From IMG/VR virus record IMGVR_UViG_3300030606_000365, positions 1-37,117 of that record: a stretch of DNA of 37,117 nt; one strand, 5' to 3'. Source of the DNA: a virus. Taxonomy: Duplodnaviria; Caudoviricetes. The position numbers and the translations under genes are program-made. Positions 32,898 to 37,117 of the stretch are shown here, in pieces. Position 1 is the stretch's first letter. The number at the start of each line of letters is the position of its first letter. The notes below the pieces were generated by a model, which was not told the DNA's origin, made no database searches, and worked only from the letters and a program-made list of their open reading frames with translations.

Positions 32898-35800
32898 CCT
32901 GGGCGCTCGTCGCTCTCCTCGCGACCAGCGCCCACGCGGCCGTCCTATTCTCGCACGCCGCCGACGACGTGACGTGTACGTCGCAGGGGACGGGCTGCGG
33001 CATCTTCTCGGCGCCACGCACCGACTCCGGCGGGCTCGTCTGCTTCTCGCAGACCGCGACCAGCGGCAACCGTATCCACATCGGGGACGGCACCTCGCAG
33101 CGGGCGTTCCGGGTCGTGCCGGCGACGACGGAAACGTGCTGGTGGGCGGAGACATTCGTCGCGACCGACACGGTGACGGTGGGCGCCCGGCTCCACGTCC
33201 AGTCCATCGACGCGACGAAGGACGTGATCGAGATTCGCGAGGTGGGCGACGTGCTCGCCTGCAACGCCCAGGTGACCTCGGGGCGCGCCCCGGCACTGCG
33301 GTACGGGACGACACCGCTCGGTGACCCGGCGAGCGACTTTCCACTGCACGCGCGCATCTGCGCCAACGGCCTGACGCTCTGCGATGAGGATTCCGACTGC
33401 CCGAGTGCCGTCTGTCAGGTGTGCAGCGACGGCAACCCCCAAGGCTGTGCGCAAGCGGCGCTCGAGCTGCGTGCGCAGCGCGTCGTGGCGCAAGGGGTCA
33501 CGCGGTGCGCGCTGCTGCTCTTCGGCCGCCCGATCCTCGAGGGCGAGGTCGGCGCCGGCGGGCAGTTCACGTCGGCCCGCTGGGGCGTGCTCGGGGGAGA
33601 CTCGGGCGCCGCGAGCTACTTCCTGGATTCGATCATCGGCACCAATACGGACCGCGCCGGCATTGGCTATGTCGGTGTACTCGGGATCACGGGCGACGAT
33701 GCCACGCTCCAGTGGAGCCGTAACGGCTGCGGCGGCAGCGGGCATTTCGAGTGCCCGGACGGCTGGACGAGTGCGTTGCTGCACGACACCGCCTTCTTGT
33801 CGGTCAACTCGGCGGGCAAGGTCGAGCAACTGACGCTGACCGATCCGCCGAACGTGCTGCCGGGTGACGTTCCCCGGATCGTGCTCAAGGGCGCCGGGCG
33901 CGCGAACAACAGCACCGGGACACGGACGTTCGAGGCGCGCTTCTACCTGTGCGACCCAGCCGGCTGCGCATCGGGCCGGCAATTCGAGCCGGGCGTGTGG
34001 CAGTCGATCTACTCCGGCACGGCCGACCAGCTCATCGTACGCCATCCGCTGTTCGAGGCCCCCGATGGGAGCGCCTGGACCAGCGAGCTCCTCGCGCGCC
34101 TGGCGATCGAGTTCGAGAACGTGAGCGGCAGCGGGCAGCAGGTGGTCAACCTGCTGGTGGAGTACGCGGCGATCGCCGCGGACCCGAAGACGCCTGCCTT
34201 TCTCCGGCACCACAACCCCGGCGTGAACGACGACGAGGTGACGTGCTATTGGGCCGGCCACTCCAATACGAGTGGCGTAGGCGGGAATCTGTGCCACGCC
34301 CCGTGGAACCCCACGTTCCATCAGACCTCGTGCGTGCAAGCGACGGCAGCGAGCTGGGACCCGGATGGCGACTCGCCATCCGGCGGATGTGCCACGGACG
34401 CAGAGGTGCAGACATGTACTGGCCGGCGGCCGGAGTTCAACGGCGGCGCCGGCATCCCATGCACCGACAACGACCAGTGCCCGCAGACCGGGGCGACATG
34501 CGACGGTGACCCGAGCGGTGGCGATGGGATCAAGGAAGGCACCTGCTCGCAGTCGCTCGCGGAGCCGCTGTCGTGCGACGTGCCGGCTGATTGCAACGGA
34601 TTCGGCGGCACCTGCGACACGGACGCCACCTGCATCTCCACATGCGGGCCGGACGGCCCGACTGGTGAGAAGCCGTCGTGCCTCGGGCCATCGGGCTACG
34701 CGCGCCTCGCGAGCGATCGGGTGAGCTGTGACAACCACGTCATCTGTGCGCAGGGGGCAGAGGGCCTGGCAGAGTTCCGCGCCAACCGGCTCGACGCGCT
34801 CCTCGCCGGGGATCATTCGACGTGCGTGATCGACACCGGCGCCGGCTATTGTGGGTGTGCCGGTGATGGCGAGTGCCCCGGTGGAACGTGCGGCGGGGAC
34901 GGCCGATGCGTGGACAGCGACCGCTGCACCGCGGCCGGGGACTGCGTGTCAGGGATGTGCCTGCCGCCGCTCCCGGATCGGGTCTTCCTCCACCAGATCG
35001 GCGTCGCGAACACGATCATGGGGGGCGGGGCCGCCAACGACGACTGTTCGCTCGCGTCGCACGTGTCGTGGGCCGGTTCGTCGTCGGACTTCTCGGCTGC
35101 CTACTGTCTCGACGATGACCGCTGCGTGGTGGACGACTCAAGCGACCTCTGCTGGACGGACGCGGAGGCGCAAGCGGCCGCTCGCACCGGACCCGATGGC
35201 TCGCCCAGCGCGCGGTGCGTCGGTGCGAATCGGTCGAACGCGCAGGAAGCGTGTCTGGACGGGCTGACGTTCACGCCGTTTGCCGGCCTGACGGCGTTCG
35301 GGGAGTTCAACGGCAACTGCACGGCGATCACCGCGCCGTGCTTCACCGGCGCCGACTGCGGCGCCAACCAGACGTGCGACGGCGGGGATGACGCCGACTC
35401 ACTGCCACGGGGCTACTGCGTGCCGGATGACGACACCGGCTGTCCAGACGGCTTCCGGCACCGCGGGAGCTTGTGCCGGATGAATTGCGGCCGGTGCTCA
35501 AACAACGCCAACCGCCGGTGCGGGCTGGACGCCGACTGTCTCGCCGGTGGGACGTGCGGGGCGAATCCGGGTGGGAGCGGCGCGCATGCCGACTGCCGCG
35601 CGGCCGCGGCGTCCGACACGATCAATGTCTGTGCCGGCGACGCGCCCTTCGTGTGCGCGGGGCGCGCGACGTGTCCGAGCGACCGGACGCTCTGCGCCGA
35701 GGACGCCGACTGCAACGAGTACGACATCACGATCAAGGGAATCTCCGGCCGCATTACCGAGGTCTGCAACGAGGTGACGGGCCGGTGCGACGGTGGCGGT

Positions 35801-36724
35801 CTGGCGTACGAGTGCGGCGGCGCCGACGTGCATCCGAACGCGGTGCGTAACTGGAGGCAGCGCCTCCATCGCGGCGGGCGCTCGTTGCTCGACGAGATCG
35901 ACGCGATCCAAGCGACCTTCGATGCACTCGCTGCCGGGGACGCGGACGGGGGGCCGGTGCTGACCTGGGTGGTGGAGCCGGGCGGCGCCGGCGGCGGCTG
36001 CCTCGCCTTCAACGACTATCAGATGACCGCTGGCGTCGGGCGCTTCATGCTGGAGCACCCGGAGCAGTACCCGAGCGTCATCGACGGCCGCTCCGCACTG
36101 GTCGCCAAGGACCTGCGCTATATGCTGAGCGGCGACGCCTCGGTGGTCGATCCGCTCCGGTGCGTCGAAGGCGACCGGCAGTTCGGCCGGGCGGTGGCCC
36201 CGTGCATCCACTACAGCTCCGACGCCTTTTTGCCCGAGGAGCAGTCCGGGCAGCACACGATGGCCTCGACGGTGGCACACTACGCGCAGGCGCAGGGCGC
36301 GTGCGCGATTGGCACCTGCCGCCGGCCGGGGCGGTTCTACGGCGCGGCCTGCGGCGAGGACGGCGATTGCGGCGCGGGCGAGACCTGCTCGTTCGAGGGC
36401 CTGCCCCGTCCGCAGTTCTACTGCGTGGAGTCGGACGGGGCCTACACGGACGTGACGTGCGACACGGCGGCCGACTGCACTGGGGCGCAGAGCTGCGGTC
36501 CGCGCGCCTGTACGTGCGCCTGTACGCAGGACGATGAGTGCCTCGCCTGGTATGGCGCGGGTAACGCCTGCGTGGCCGGGGAGTGCATCGCCGGCGGGGC
36601 GGTCTCGTCCTGTACGATCGCCGGGACCTTCGATGTGACCCGCACCTGCGAGGCCGGCATGTGCCGGAACACCGACGACTCGGACACCTGCCCAGCCGCG
36701 CTCGACGGCTGCAACCCGGAGTGA
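32873..36724 (+). CDS. Large secreted Cys-rich protein with a split SGNH-hydrolase-like domain (1283 aa)
   Basis: Signal peptide ending TSAHA; many C-x2-D-x-D-C repeats; WAGHSNT, AQGAEG, QIGVAN, CIHY...GQHTMA blocks in SGNH order. Confidence 0.75.
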   Translation: MEAPRAVLTWALVALLATSAHAAVLFSHAADDVTCTSQGTGCGIFSAPRTDSGGLVCFSQTATSGNRIHIGDGTSQRAFRVVPATTETCWWAETFVATDTVTVGARLHVQSIDATKDVIEIREVGDVLACNAQVTSGRAPALRYGTTPLGDPASDFPLHARICANGLTLCDEDSDCPSAVCQVCSDGNPQGCAQAALELRAQRVVAQGVTRCALLLFGRPILEGEVGAGGQFTSARWGVLGGDSGAASYFLDSIIGTNTDRAGIGYVGVLGITGDDATLQWSRNGCGGSGHFECPDGWTSALLHDTAFLSVNSAGKVEQLTLTDPPNVLPGDVPRIVLKGAGRANNSTGTRTFEARFYLCDPAGCASGRQFEPGVWQSIYSGTADQLIVRHPLFEAPDGSAWTSELLARLAIEFENVSGSGQQVVNLLVEYAAIAADPKTPAFLRHHNPGVNDDEVTCYWAGHSNTSGVGGNLCHAPWNPTFHQTSCVQATAASWDPDGDSPSGGCATDAEVQTCTGRRPEFNGGAGIPCTDNDQCPQTGATCDGDPSGGDGIKEGTCSQSLAEPLSCDVPADCNGFGGTCDTDATCISTCGPDGPTGEKPSCLGPSGYARLASDRVSCDNHVICAQGAEGLAEFRANRLDALLAGDHSTCVIDTGAGYCGCAGDGECPGGTCGGDGRCVDSDRCTAAGDCVSGMCLPPLPDRVFLHQIGVANTIMGGGAANDDCSLASHVSWAGSSSDFSAAYCLDDDRCVVDDSSDLCWTDAEAQAAARTGPDGSPSARCVGANRSNAQEACLDGLTFTPFAGLTAFGEFNGNCTAITAPCFTGADCGANQTCDGGDDADSLPRGYCVPDDDTGCPDGFRHRGSLCRMNCGRCSNNANRRCGLDADCLAGGTCGANPGGSGAHADCRAAAASDTINVCAGDAPFVCAGRATCPSDRTLCAEDADCNEYDITIKGISGRITEVCNEVTGRCDGGGLAYECGGADVHPNAVRNWRQRLHRGGRSLLDEIDAIQATFDALAAGDADGGPVLTWVVEPGGAGGGCLAFNDYQMTAGVGRFMLEHPEQYPSVIDGRSALVAKDLRYMLSGDASVVDPLRCVEGDRQFGRAVAPCIHYSSDAFLPEEQSGQHTMASTVAHYAQAQGACAIGTCRRPGRFYGAACGEDGDCGAGETCSFEGLPRPQFYCVESDGAYTDVTCDTAADCTGAQSCGPRACTCACTQDDECLAWYGAGNACVAGECIAGGAVSSCTIAGTFDVTRTCEAGMCRNTDDSDTCPAALDGCNPE

Positions 36725-36730
36725 TCGGGG

Positions 36731-37117
36731 ATGTTCTTTTTCTTCACCGGCGAGGGCTTCCAGACGGCTGAGGCCGCCAGCGCGGCGGCGAGTACGGCCG
36801 AGGCGCACCCGACCGTCACGACCCAGGCCCAGGCTGCGGCGGAGGCCGAGGCCGCCACCACCGCGACCACGGACGCGAGCGCCACCACGAGCTCGGCGGC
36901 CACCGCGCAGGCCGAGGCCACTGTGGCGAGTCAGGCGCCGGCCACGGCCGAGGCCGAGGGCGCGGCGGGCCCGACTATCACCGCCCCTGCGGCGGCCGCC
37001 GCGGAGGCGGACGCTGCCGCGACGCCGTCGCTGACTGCTACGGCACCGGCGGACGCCGCCGCGACGCCCTCGGCAAGCCCCAGTCTCGAGACGGACGCCG
37101 CCGCGGCCGCCGACGCT
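36731..37117 (+). CDS. Ala/Thr-rich low-complexity protein (partial)
   Basis: MFFFFTGEGFQTAEAASAAASTAEAHPTV...; open to the window end. Confidence 0.6.
   Translation, partial: MFFFFTGEGFQTAEAASAAASTAEAHPTVTTQAQAAAEAEAATTATTDASATTSSAATAQAEATVASQAPATAEAEGAAGPTITAPAAAAAEADAAATPSLTATAPADAAATPSASPSLETDAAAAADA

Larger units (their letters stand above)
1..37117. mobile_element. Temperate tailed phage / prophage genome segment
   Basis: Integrase, Cro-like HTH genes, initiator plus DnaC-like loader, HNH, terminase small/large subunits and portal; dense ATGA-coupled small ORFs; no host housekeeping synteny. Confidence 0.93.

Overview
High-GC (roughly 70% by eye) segment of a temperate tailed phage or prophage genome. 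Left to right: (i) a leftward early recombination operon (SbcC-like ATPase start cut by the window edge, HD small-alarmone-hydrolase-like protein, SbcD nuclease, putative ssDNA-annealing protein); (ii) a control region with divergent, apparently leaderless promoters, two Cro-like HTH genes and a tyrosine integrase; (iii) a lambda-like replication module (initiator with five internal palindromic iterons, DnaC-like loader), thymidylate kinase, a DUF1064-like nuclease, a HerA/DUF87 ATPase and many small Zn-finger ORFs; (iv) a 13-14 unit, ~36-nt dual-repeat array (9+9+9+9 architecture) that fits the TIGR guide-RNA array layout and starts 1 nt after a 50-codon ORF that looks like a truncated Tas/IS110-like gene; (v) HNH, terminase small and large subunits, a strong terminator, a tRNA-like element with a shrunken anticodon arm and a 999-aa exported metalloprotease; (vi) the portal, followed not by recognisable head genes but by signal-peptide-bearing tail-like, Gly-rich and Cys-rich proteins. 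All calls come from reading motifs by eye; no database searches were run.
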